A stretch of DNA of 64,000 bases from Lytechinus pictus. Its lineage: Eukaryota. How positions within the stretch are numbered: the first letter of the stretch is position 1; every line of letters starts with the position of its first letter. The notes below the pieces were generated by a model. That model was given only the letters and a program-made list of their open reading frames with translations. It was not told where the DNA came from and ran no database searches. The position numbers were made by a program, and so were the translations under genes. This document shows positions 52,616-64,000 of this stretch, piece by piece. Location: positions 17,672,001-17,736,000 of the forward strand of contig NC_087252.1 of assembly GCF_037042905.1 (NCBI RefSeq), written 5' to 3'.

Positions 52616-53692
52616 TTACAATATATCAATAATTTTCTTGACCTCTAATACACAAAATTGTTTAGATCCGTAATGATTTACATAAAACTTCAAATATGAA
52701 ACAAATTCCATGATCGATCTCTTATTGCTATGATTTAGATTTTGAAAGTTGCATTTTACAGAATGATTATAAACTACAAACTGGGCAACATTGATTGTCA
52801 AATTAATAAGATCAAATTTTGAGTTGTCTATTTTATACCCAATTAACAATGTTTTCATAGTTATCACCATTTCTTCTTTGAAAATAAAATAAATCATCCT
52901 TGATATGATTTTCCAATAAACTTTAATCTTGTTGCCAAAAAACAGAAAATGGCTAATGGTCTCTATTTCATTACAGATTTCGCATTGATTTGTATTTACA
53001 ATTTTCCACTTGAACAAATTGTCTCTAGAAGGTAATATTTTATGTAACAATTTGAAATTGAATTGCTTAATTCTTTTATCTTTTATCGTTTTGAATTTAA
53101 AATGAAGAATATCTTTCCAAACTAAATTTTCTGGCAATTTTAGTTGTTTTCCCAAGATGTCCAAAATATACAAATCAACCCTTTTTGTTGTAAAAACAAC
53201 AAATATTATTTTTTGCTCTGGTGCAAGTTATATTAATACGTTCACCAACAGATATATCGATTTCTTCTTGTTCTGGAGACTCATTTTGTTTTTCTTTCAT
53301 CGTACTTTTTTTTCAAACCAATGAGCAGGAAATGTTTTTTTTTAATTTAGAAAATCTAAAACTAAATACTAAATGTTCAAAAAAAAAAAAAATTTTAATA
53401 TAAAAAATGATATATCTTTCCATTTACCTTTATATATAACTTGTCTAACATATAAAATACCAGCTTCTTTCCATTCCTGAAAATTTAAAGGTTGTCCATT
53501 TATTGTAATATTACTATTATTCCATAATATTTCACGATATATATTTTCAACATTCTGCTCATCTAAATAACGTAATTGAGCCCATGTATATAGAACATTG
53601 GTAAACCCCTTTTTCGACAAAGCTTTAACATGTGTATTGGATGACAGTTCATTTGAAAACAGTAGAGGATTTCTCCTATGTAACTTAACCAA
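52616..53692 (-). pseudogene. Tx1/L1-clade LINE ORF2 C-terminal fragment (zf-RVT region)
   Basis: EILWNNSNI..W.EAGI..V; QFNFKLLHKILP..NLFKW..CEICNEIETISHFLF; frameshifted. Confidence 0.8.
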
Positions 53693-54484
53693 AACGTGAA
53701 AAGTTTTTTTTATTCCATGTTAATTTTGATGTTAATGTGCATGATAATAATTAAAAGAAACAGCTGAGAAATTCACTCATCACCACTGAAAAAAAGAACA
53801 GTGACATTCAATATTGTGTCATTTTGCAACTTTTGAATTTTGACCTTGCCCAATATTTCAAGGCACTGCACCTCCATGTGAACGATAATCACATCATGTA
53901 GGGTATCATTCTAAAGAAAATCAAATGATATATTCATTAATATTAATTACACATTGATATTTACTAAAACCGATGAGGGATTATCGATCAAATTCAGATT
54001 TCCAAACTTTTTTTGAGGAGTTTACATACATGAAGAGCTCAGTTGCAAACAAGTTTAGGTCCATTTTTCATCAAATTTGATTTTTTTTTTTTGGTCTCAA
54101 TGTATAGACCTTTAGTAGCTCCATAAAAATATACCAACGAAAATTGAATTTTCCATTAAAAAGTGAACAAAAATGACAAAAGAAATCTCTTTTTTTTTCA
54201 AAAGGGGTTAGGTCCACAAATGATTTTTTAGAAAAGAATATTAAAAAAAATATGAAGACTGGTAGATTTCCTTTATACCAAATTTTATGTTCACATGGTA
54301 GGATATCATGAAATTTAGAACAAAGAGAATCCCCGTTTCTTCCAATTCATCAATGTTAGGGTCTTTGGGAAGGGATTAAGATGGAATGTCAAAAAAATAT
54401 GAATGTAATCTCTAATAAAACCATTAAACCATCATGGGGTAAAAAAGATAATAATATAGGAGGGGTATTTGCCATATGGACAAA

Positions 54485-55449
54485 CAGTGGCTTAACTACG
54501 GGGGGCATGGGGGGCACATTCCCCCCATCGGCTGACCAAAAAAAAAAAAAAACGGGGAAAGGGGGAAAAGGAGAAAAGAGGGAGAAAGGAAGAGAAACAT
54601 AGTGAAAGAAGAAAATATTATTCATTATAATAAAATATTACATTATAATTATGTTATGTTACATTACATAAGAAACATTTTTATTATAACTTTATGATTT
54701 GCCCAGGGCCTACGTCTTCATTGTTCCTGGTGCTCGCACTGTCTGTTTAACGAGATATATAATCATGTTGTACTAAAACATCCCGTTTTCAAGTCAATAT
54801 AAACCAAATATATTTCCTAGCACCTGAGTTATCATTGTTTTATGGAGTGACATATATGCTTCTTTTTCATGTCTCAAAAAGTGATTGCCCCATGTTAAGG
54901 TCTTCGTATATATGAAACATTTCCTGTCCATGATTACGTTCGCATTAGTGGATTGGTGAGATATGTCTGCTCTTCATGAATTCCTAAAATCAGTCCTTAA
55001 AATGTCCCTTCTTCTGATCTGAATATAAAAAATGTTCAGCTCGCGCTTCGCGCTCGCATCATCTGGTTAATGAAATATGTATGGTCCTAGTTAATTCCTA
55101 CAAAGAAACCTTAGAATGCCCCACTTCAGGTCTGAATTATCTAAATATTCAGCTTGCCCTTCGCGCTCGCATTGTTTAGCGAGACAGGTACCTATCACAA
55201 TTACACAAATTTGATTATAATGTCCCTTTTTAGGTGTGAATATAAAAAAAATTCAGCTCGCACTTCGCGCTCGCATTATTTGATCAGTGAGATACATATC
55301 CGTTTAATGACATTGTCCTTAAAATGTCTCTATTAGGTCAGTATAACTGACAACTGAGCGCTTCGCGCGCTCACTAGCGCACTTACTCAGTGATTCAAAC
55401 ATTTTGCTGGTGCCCTGCCCCCAATGCCGTGACCCACGGTACGCCACTG
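54485..55449 (-). mobile_element. Second copy of the same hAT-type MITE family, opposite orientation
   Basis: Reverse-complement match to 11085-12221 with fewer internal repeats; TSD tggacaaa / tggacata. Confidence 0.88.
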
Positions 55450-55556
55450 TGGACATAACAATGACAATTCCTTGCATATCTAAAAACATGATTTCCAAAA
55501 AATGCCAAAATATTTCAGTCATCCCCCCACCCATCAACACGGATTTACGCTAGTGC

Positions 55557-57142
55557 ATTATTGACAATACTCAGAATGGAATTCATTTTACAAATAAAAT
55601 CATCTACATTTCCCGAGGGAGGTGTATAAATTATACCAATAATACACCAAGAGCGTGTGTTATTGTTTGGATTAACCTCTATAAATATGGTTTCTAGACA
55701 TTCAAACATGTACGTTAAGTCTGGTCTCTGTTTATATGTTAGAGATTTATTAATATATACTGCAACTCCACCTCCCTGTTTACATATTCGATTATTCGTT
55801 AACATATCATAATTCTCCAAGTAATAAAGAGGTATATGTGAATTAGGTTTGAGCCATGTCTCAGAAAGGCCAATAATTGTAAATTCAAGGTCAATACTAT
55901 TGAGAAATACTTATAAGTTTTCAAAGTTATTTGGAACACTCCGACAATTAACGTGTAAAAGAGAAAACATATTCTTAGGATCTTCATTTTTAAGGATATT
56001 ACAATTATTAAACTGGTTTGGTGTATAGTAACAAGATTCAGAGGAATTGTTGCTGTCGTCAGCATACTGTAAATGTAACATTGTGTCAGAATTAATAGGT
56101 AAGGGATTTACAAACATTTACAAATAAACACTTAGAATAGAAAAGTTGAATTGAACAAAATACTTAAAACTAGCGAATGGTATATTATGCAAAATTGAAA
56201 CAAGGAGTGACAAAATAGGTGTCAAACAGGCAAATTTCGTAGTAGTACACAAATTAGGAAGTGAAAAATAAAAAGACAATTGTAATAGAACAGAATAACA
56301 AAATTGAAGAGATTGATAAGAAATGTTTCGATGATAACTTTGAGTTGCAGAGTAAGTCACTGGCCTGGAAGTCATTTTACTTTATATCATAAAGTGAGTG
56401 TTCATGCTATGGTGAAAAGAGTAGGATTATCATCCTTTACAAGGCAAATATTTATATAAGTTTAGCAAGGTCTTCCTTTGAGTTGATTTGCTTTTTCATA
56501 GTTTTGTTGTTTGTACATCGTACAGTTACAATAATCCTCCCATCCATGGACCAAGCTGATAATGTTTTGCTCTCTGGTTTGTTGATCTCCTTAAAGGCTT
56601 CCCACAGTAAGGATTTGTTTGTGCTGGTCAGGTCTTCAAATATGCTGTATCCAGTTTTCTTTTCCTTCAGTCTTCTCCTATTTCTCAGCAGGCTTAGGCG
56701 ATGTTGGTATGAAGTTAATTTCACAATGATGGCTCTAGGTTTACGGGCACTAGCAGATCAAGGTTGAGGTTCAATCGGCCGGCCAACTCGATGACTTCTG
56801 TCGATATCTTGCAGCTTCAGATCAACCCCCATAACTGTGTTGGCAATGTCACAGACAATTTTGCTGGTGTTTTCCTTTTCGCTTTCGGGCACTCCAAAAA
56901 GCCGTATGCAGTTCCGTCGTGAGTACTGCTCATGATCATTAAGTGTCGACTCTGTTTTTTTTTAGTTTTTCTTGCAATTCCTGATGTTTCGTTCGAATTT
57001 TCACAAGTTCATCTTCAAGCTTCTCTACTTTGTTTTGCAGGTCGAAGATGGTGCCTTCTTGTTTCTCCATGATTTTAAATAGTTGATCAATCTTCGAGTC
57101 AAGGGCTTCACAAATGGATTGCTTTATAAAACTAATCACCAC
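55557..57142 (-). mobile_element. Disrupted CR1/L2-group LINE: ORF1 (coiled coil/RRM) and start of ORF2 (APE)
   Basis: ORF1 pieces: a coiled coil, EQYSRRNCIRLFGVPE, IDRSHRVG, IIVKL, FEDLT, AWSMDG. ORF2 pieces: LLHVNCRS, LSETW, QGGGVAVY. Confidence 0.88.
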
Positions 57143-58032
57143 TTTACTTTAGGGGGGAACGTCCCCCCACCTTAATTTAAGGGGGGACAGGAACACCCCG
57201 TCCGCCCCCGCTTCCGCCGCCTATGATTGTGGGTACATACACGTGTGATACTTAATTCTTATATTAAATACGCCTGCAATCCTTGCTTAAAATCCAAGTG
57301 ACTGATATTTTCCCTAATGAATAGAGCACAGTGTCCCATATTGTGGTAGCAGTGCTGAACTCAATGTGACGATACTTTTTTACACTTTTACATTTGAGCA
57401 TTTAATCAGTGTTAATCACATAGTCGACCATGTGAGCTGGATGTGAACCGTGACCCTGTCGAGGTGTCCAGAGTGTGAAAATACCTTCACATTGTTGATT
57501 ATGAGCATTTTGAAATCATATAATAATAAACTGGCAGGCCGACTTATTAGTCCCTAACTATCATCATGATATAGAGGGACACGTTTCAATTTCTGTTGTC
57601 TAAATAGTTCCAGATGACTCGTCCTTCGTAATAAAATCTAATAACATTTCTATAAAAAAATCGACATATATTTCGGAGATAAAATTCGTTGATATTTCTT
57701 ATTGAATACCTATTTGTAATACTATTAAGAGGTTAAATGTTATAAGTATTCATATAGGGTTCCTTTGGATTAAGAAATCAAGAAACAAGTAAGAAAATAG
57801 CCATGTAAATCATAAATAATTAAAAAAATTGTAAGCTTCCGAAACAATGGGTCAGTATGGGAAATATATGTTTAATTAGTGATTATTTTTTGCCAGTTAA
57901 TTGTAAATAGGCCCGTGTAACCTCCATGCACCGCTAGAGCGCCCACATACATTGTATACAAGGCATGCACAGCACTGGCTTGCACCGTACCGTATGTACA
58001 CTCTAAAAATGAAGTGCTAATTTAGCACTTAA

Positions 58033-58595
58033 AGGAAATGTCCACCCCAACAAAAAGTTTATTTGAATAAAAAGAGCGAAATCCAACAAGCATAACACTG
58101 AAAATTTCATCAGAGTCGGATGTAAAATAAGAAAATTCATGACATTTTAAAGTTTTGCTTAATTTCCCAAAACAGTTATATGCACATCCTGGTCAGTAGG
58201 CAAATTAAGAGACTGGTGGCCTCATCCACTTTTCCAATTTTTTTCCTTGTTGCCAAGTGAAAAAATGGTAAATTCCTCCATGAACAGTTTGAATTAGCAT
58301 TGTTTAATACTATATGGTTCAGTCAAGTTGGTCCTTATTGTCAAAACTGTAAAAAATTAAATATTGAATAATTCAAACAATAAAAAAAACAATAGAAATA
58401 GTGAGTGAAGGACATCATCGACTGTCTCATTTGCATGTCACTGAGTTGTGCATATACTTGTTTTGTAAAATATGTGAAACTTTAAACTGTAACATTCTTA
58501 TTTTACTTTCGATTTTGATGAAATTATTAGCGCTACGCTAGTTCGATTTTTCTCTTTTTATTCAAAGCAACATTTATCTGGGGTGGACTTGACCT
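58033..58595. mobile_element. Kolobok-type MITE inserted in a CACT-terminal palindromic MITE
   Basis: TIR agg..a.gtccacccca / tggggtggact..cct; TTAA / ATAA flanks. Confidence 0.75.
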
Positions 58596-60215
58596 ATAAT
58601 GGGCTTGTATACGTGACTGCACTTCGAGTGCTGATTTTCTAGTTCAAATTTGAATGACTAAATCAGCACTCAAAGTGCAGTTACTATACAAGCCCAAGCA
58701 CATGATTAAGTACCACGATCCCGTTCCGTACGGTAGACCCCATGTTTTCACACCGCCCAGTATATTTAGTTCCCAATACCCCTTATTTTACCCATGTGGT
58801 CAGTTCCTTAGACCCCAATTTCAGAGTTTCGTGAGGCACACCCCATCAAAAAGTAATTTGAGTGCCCCCCCCCCCCCGTGTAAAATATTATTTTTGCTAT
58901 AAATAAGATGATATGTTAGACAAGGCAAGATCATTGTCTTATAGTGCTAATTATGGTGACGAGATGAATTTCAAGTCTACTCGTACTCATTAAAGCAGCA
59001 GTACATGCAAATCCTAACACAAAAAAAGATTGAAAGACGTTTCCTTGTTTATTGTTTTTTTATTGATAGGAAACCTATATCCCCATTATTGTTATTTTCT
59101 TAAATGATATAATTACTTTTTGTTTTCAAGATTTATCAATAATTTATTGGCAAGATATAAGAAATGTACTTCAGTGAGTACTCTTACGCACGTTTCGGCA
59201 TTAAAAATACACTTTGACAAACCATACCTTACCTTTCCAATACACCATTTTCCAAGAAAAAAAAATCTGCATATATTTTGGGTAAAAAAGTGGACACAAG
59301 AATCCGCATCTAAACGTATATATACCTAGCGTCCGAATCTTTTCCCGTAGGTATATATATGTAATAAAACAAATTGGCGATGGGACGGGATCCGCGGAGA
59401 TCCGCAGGAAAAATTATTTTTTGGGGACGCAACGGTGGACGCCGAGCACTGTGTGACTGAGGCTTTAGGTACATAAACAGGATTATAAGACGCAAACGTC
59501 CTGGTCAAGCAAACGCTCAAGTTGCTATGACGAAGCTTTAAAAAAAGCAAAGGTTTAAAAGAACAAGCAAAATTTACGCTCTATGAATACGCTTTTTAGC
59601 AATAGCTTATTCGTGAAAAAAATATCAACTTATAATTACTAGTTAAAACTTATTTGTGAGTACATTTTGACCTTCGAAAGAGCAAACAGCCCCCTTATTT
59701 TTTCATTCTATTTTTGTATTAGATGTATCAATGAGTTCACGAGTATTTGGTTCCTTGTTTCAATCTCATATTAGAGAATTCGAGAGAAGACGACGACTGC
59801 CTAAGGTCTAATCACCCCAAACCAACTGAAGATGTTACCAAACTTCTCGATATGCTAGAGGCAGTTCATCAGGAAGATTGAGTGAGTACTTTAAAATCTA
59901 TATAGAAAATAAAGTTTACCCCAACATAAAAATACAGCGAACTCAACACTGAAAATGTCATCAATATCGGGGGTGAATAAGAAAGTTATGACACTTTTAA
60001 TTTTGGGCTTAATTTCACAAAACAGTTGAATGAACATCCAGGTCGGTATGAAAATTATGGGACTGATTACGTCACCCACTCACTATTTCTTTCGTGATTC
60101 ATTATATGAAAAAGGAAATGTCTTTTATTTTCCTCAATGTGAAACAAAGAGGAAAATAAATCTGTCGGATCCCTCCGACGTCCGCATTCTCGCTATAACC
60201 TTCGCCCTCGCACCA

Positions 60216-60399
60216 ACTGGGCGTTGTGGCGTGCGCCTGTAATCCAAGCTATGCGGGGAAGTTACAAATTGATGCAGAGGTTCGAGGTTCGAGCCCTGGT
60301 CACGTCTTTCGGATGGTGACGTTAAAGGTCGGTCCCAGACGTAAATAATCATATCTGATTGATACACGTCTGACAAAACTCAAATACACACACACACAC
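60216..60399 (+). mobile_element. 7SL RNA-derived (Alu-domain head) chimeric SINE candidate with MetaSINE-like core and (CA)n tail
   Basis: actgggcgttgtggcgtgcgcctgtaatccaagctatgcggg matches the 7SL 5' end as I recall it (32/42 by hand). Box B ggttcgagccc at 60286-60296; gtctttcggatggtgacgttaaaggtcggtccc core; (CA)n tail at 60386-60399. Confidence 0.78.
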
Positions 60400-60409
60400 G
60401 AAGTCTCCA

Positions 60410-60455
60410 TCAATTGACAAAGTTGAGCAGCAGCCAACGAAACGTCGCGTCGTGA
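60410..60455 (+). ncRNA. Variant type I hammerhead ribozyme motif, Penelope-like pseudo-LTR type
   Basis: UUGACAA core (U3-A8 variant) plus an extra A; stem II guug/caac; GAAA; stem III acg/cgu; GUC triplet; short stem I uca/uga with a mismatch at 1.1. Confidence 0.55.
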
Positions 60456-61539
60456 ACTCTCTTACAGTTTCAACTGATCAACCAACTCTAAAGATTTATT
60501 TCTCCTGAATAACTCGAACCACTATTTGAACTTTGTGGTTCAGTCAGGTTGGTCAATACGTTGTCGAATCTGTAAAAATTGAAATATGGTTTACTTCAAC
60601 CAATAAAAGATAAAATAAATTATGAGTGAGTAAAATCATTAACTCTCTCATTTCCATATCCCTGGGTTGTGCATATAATTTTATGGTACAAATAAGCGAA
60701 AGTTTAAAATGTCATAACCTTTTATTGAACATTTATAATCCTATTCTACACCTATCCATCGGGTCCTGTCAATGACTTCTATATTTTGAGCAGGTTTTCT
60801 TTACTTGATAAAATTATGGTTAACGTAACAATTTTCCATAATAAAAAAAATCCATAATTATTTAACCCTAAAACATTCTTCTAAAATTAAATGTCATGAT
60901 TATGAATAATATGATATATAAACTACATATTTTTCTTAACATTTTCTTGTGGAATTCATTACATAAACATAAACACATTAATTATACACGATGCAGAGGC
61001 GGATGTACCTTTTACCAAAGAGGGGGGGGGGGTGGGCTTTCCATGGGCAGTCATTCATTTTATTTATTTATTTATCTTGCTCATTCAACAAAAGTTGATA
61101 TTCCATGACGCCCTGGATAACAAACAATACAACTATATACAATTAAAACCAATCAATGGTGATAATGTATATCCACTCATCAGTTCATATGATATTGTTA
61201 AAATACAGACGTATAAAGTTACAACAGCATTATATAAAGTAATACATAAAAAGAGATGATAGTTAAAAACATCAGTCCTGAAAGGGGAATTGGTATTGCA
61301 TCCCAGTTGATCGGCCTAGGCAAGATTGAGGAAATGTCTTTTAACAGAAAGTTTGACATTATTTGGGGTTTTAACATTTTTAACACTTCGGGGGAGTCTA
61401 TTCCATAGAACGCTGCCATCGTAACACAAAGCAGTTTCACAATAATCAGTACGGCCATGATGAGCACTTTGTCGAGTATTTGCATTATGAACTTTAGAAA
61501 TTTATTTGAAAACATTTTTAAAACAATCTGCTGATAAGT

Positions 61540-62640
61540 CATGAAGACATTTGTAAATAAATATACACCTGAGGTATTCTACTATTTTCTTAAAAGGCAT
61601 CTATCTTAAACGTCTAAACATTTCATTAGAGGGGGTTTACATATACAGTTTAAAATAAGTCTTGATGCCTTCTTTTGCAATTTATTCAACTTATCAATTT
61701 GAGCTAAATAACTATTCCCCCAAATTTCGCAACAGTAATCCATTTGTGTTTGAATGAGGCATACATATAATAATTTCATTGAAGCTTCATCAGCATACGG
61801 TTTGACTCTTCTGAGCATGGCAAGTCCTGCAAATACTTTTCTACATACATAGTCAACATGGTCAACATGATTGCACCATGACAAATTAGCATTAATAATA
61901 ACACCAAGACATTTAAAACTATTACACTTTTCAATTTCAATACTTTCATACTTAATACGCATATTTTTATACCTTTAGTCTTTTTAAATTCAAATGATCA
62001 TATATTTGCTTTTATCAACATTTAAACATAGCTTTTTTTTACTTGATCCACTTAGCGATTGCATCAAAATCATTCTGAAATTGTTCTTGTATCTCATAAA
62101 TAGACGTAGCACTTACATATAGGGTAGTATCATCAGCGTACATTACTAACTTTCCATGATTCAAAACGTTTAACATATCATCAATATAAATAAATAAAAA
62201 AGTAAGGGACCTATTATAGATCCTTGTGGAACTCCACGGGAAATACATCGATCATTAGATTTAGCATTTTTTATCGCAACAAATTGTTTTATGTTATTTA
62301 GATGCCAATCAAACCGTGATAAATTGAGACAAATCACTTAAATCAATAATCTTTAATTTATTTAACAACATAGGCGCATTTACAGTATCAAAAGCAGGTC
62401 TTAAATCAATGAAGAGTGCTCCTGTAATTTGACCTTTGTCTATAGCATTTAAGCAATCATCAGTTGAAAAACCGAGGGATGATGATGTAGAATGGCCAGG
62501 TCGAAATCGAATCCATGCTATGCCAAGAGTATTATTCGAAACCAAATAATCATATAACTGCTGATGGACAATTTTTCAAAAATCTTGCTGTAGTCGGTAA
62601 AATAGAAATTGGTCGAAAATTGCAAACAGAAGTAAATTCA
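61540..62640 (-). pseudogene. Degenerate LINE reverse transcriptase fragment
   Basis: FRPISILP, GALFIDLRPAFDTVN, MYADDT, KCLGVII, MDYCCEIWG; multiple frameshifts. Confidence 0.85.
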
Positions 62641-63484
62641 CCTTCTGAAAATATTTTTAAAGTCATTATGCCCATGTGTGGCCTTACCTTATGAAAAGTC
62701 AACTGGGTTGAACACAGTTTGTTGTAACATATGCATTAAACATCGGGATTTTCATAAAAATCAAATCAAATGAACCATGCAAGGAGGTTTGTGATAGATA
62801 TCCATAGTTACAAATTGCATTTTTTCCAATAACGTAAAAAAGAGCTTAACACATTCCACATGTTCATTCAAGCGTGAATGTTTAATTAAACGCCTTTGAA
62901 TCATTGAAGCATGTTAATTGGTCATGAACATAACGAAAAAGTTGAGAAAAGATCATTTTCAGTTACCAAAATGAAACAATACTTGCCTATGATATTTTAA
63001 AATCGTATCTTTTGTTTTCAATAAATGTTCATTGAACCGTGAAACAATGAATATTGTTGAAGATACTCTTCCCAAAAATAACTGTCGTCATATTCTATCA
63101 TTTTTATTGATAGAAATGTGTAAAAAATCAAATTATAGCAAATTTGGACTTGTGTTCATTCAACCGTAAAATTTAGCCAGAAAAGTTGTATCGTCTTTTA
63201 GAAAGTACCTTTTACAAGCCTTCTGACTATTTTTCATAAGAATGTGGAATTAGTTCCAATAAAAATGGAATCAAAGTCATGATATTTGGCTTGTGACTTT
63301 TGAAAAGTGACAATTTTGCCTTCTGACGGTGCTCACTGAAGCATGACGTAAAATACGTCCATAACATTTACTCAGAGGGTAGCCTATAAAATTACCTACA
63401 CGCTCATGTAAAAATATATTAAAAACTCGCATTGGTTCGGAAATTATTGATGTTTGTTTAAGGGGGGACTTACTTTTTTTGTTG

Positions 63485-63965
63485 TGTATAGTTGTGATCC
63501 ATGGAGATCTGGGGCTTCTTTTCCTACTACGCTGATTATATTGTCTTACCGGGAGACATTCATTAAATAAATTAGTCAATTTATCCATAAAATCGTCAAA
63601 AACAATGATTTACTTCAATCATATCATAAATATCACCCCAGTCTAGTTCATCAAGTATATCTTTGAATGCGTTAATATTGCCCTCAGAAAAAAATCGTGT
63701 GTATATTTTAAAGGTTGTTGAGTCTGTTGTAGAATTGGGAAATTTGCAAATATTGGGAAGTGATCCGTGATATCAGAGATGACCACTCCAGCGTGTGGAA
63801 AAGGATGCATATTGGTAAATATGTTGTCTATTAGAGTGGAGGAGTGTTCCGAAATACGAGTTGGTTTAGATATAAGTGGAATAAATGATGCCGTAAGGAA
63901 TGTTCCATAGAACTCCTGAACAAAGGAATCAGAATCATATTTTAGTAGACTAGCATTAAAATCAT
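63485..63965 (-). pseudogene. LINE ORF2 fragment (end of APE domain and tether)
   Basis: DFN, FIPLISKPTRISEHSSTLIDNIFTN, ITDHFPIF, SPWIT. Confidence 0.85.
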
Positions 63966-64000
63966 CTTGATTACCATCTTGATCCCATTTACAAATATCA

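Larger units (their letters stand above)
59910..60730. mobile_element. Degenerate copy of the 58033-58595 MITE family, host of the 60150-60494 insertion
   Basis: Similarity to 58033-58595 on both sides of the insert (aacactgaaaat.tcatca; ggttcagtca.gttggtc). Confidence 0.7.

Noticed and set aside
60216..60260. Human Alu contamination or a functional 7SL gene
   Set aside because: Similarity stops after ~45 nt, with no Alu body, A-rich linker or S domain, and the segment is embedded in native repeats.

Overview
AT-rich, repeat-dense eukaryotic genomic DNA. The repeat and gene repertoire looks like a marine invertebrate deuterostome, probably a sea urchin; this is inferred, not shown. The backbone is a tandem segmental duplication with three units. 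Two units carry intact single-coding-exon TRIM E3 ligase genes (RING/B-box/B-box/coiled-coil/NHL-like beta-propeller, TRIM56-like) at 28899-30773 and 44301-46172. The third unit is present only as its 3' flank (from ~5151), so its gene is predicted to lie left of the window. The units are heavily and differentially invaded by transposons: CR1/L2-group and Tx1/L1 LINEs, TTAA-flanked Kolobok-type elements, hAT-type elements with exact TSDs (including three-level nesting), Harbinger-like and Tc1-like MITEs, and tRNA(Gln)-headed SINEs. The most unusual segment is 60150-60494. It holds an Alu-like 7SL-RNA-derived head fused to a box B, a MetaSINE-like core and a (CA)n tail, immediately followed by a variant Penelope-type hammerhead ribozyme motif. 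No prokaryotic or CRISPR features are supported.
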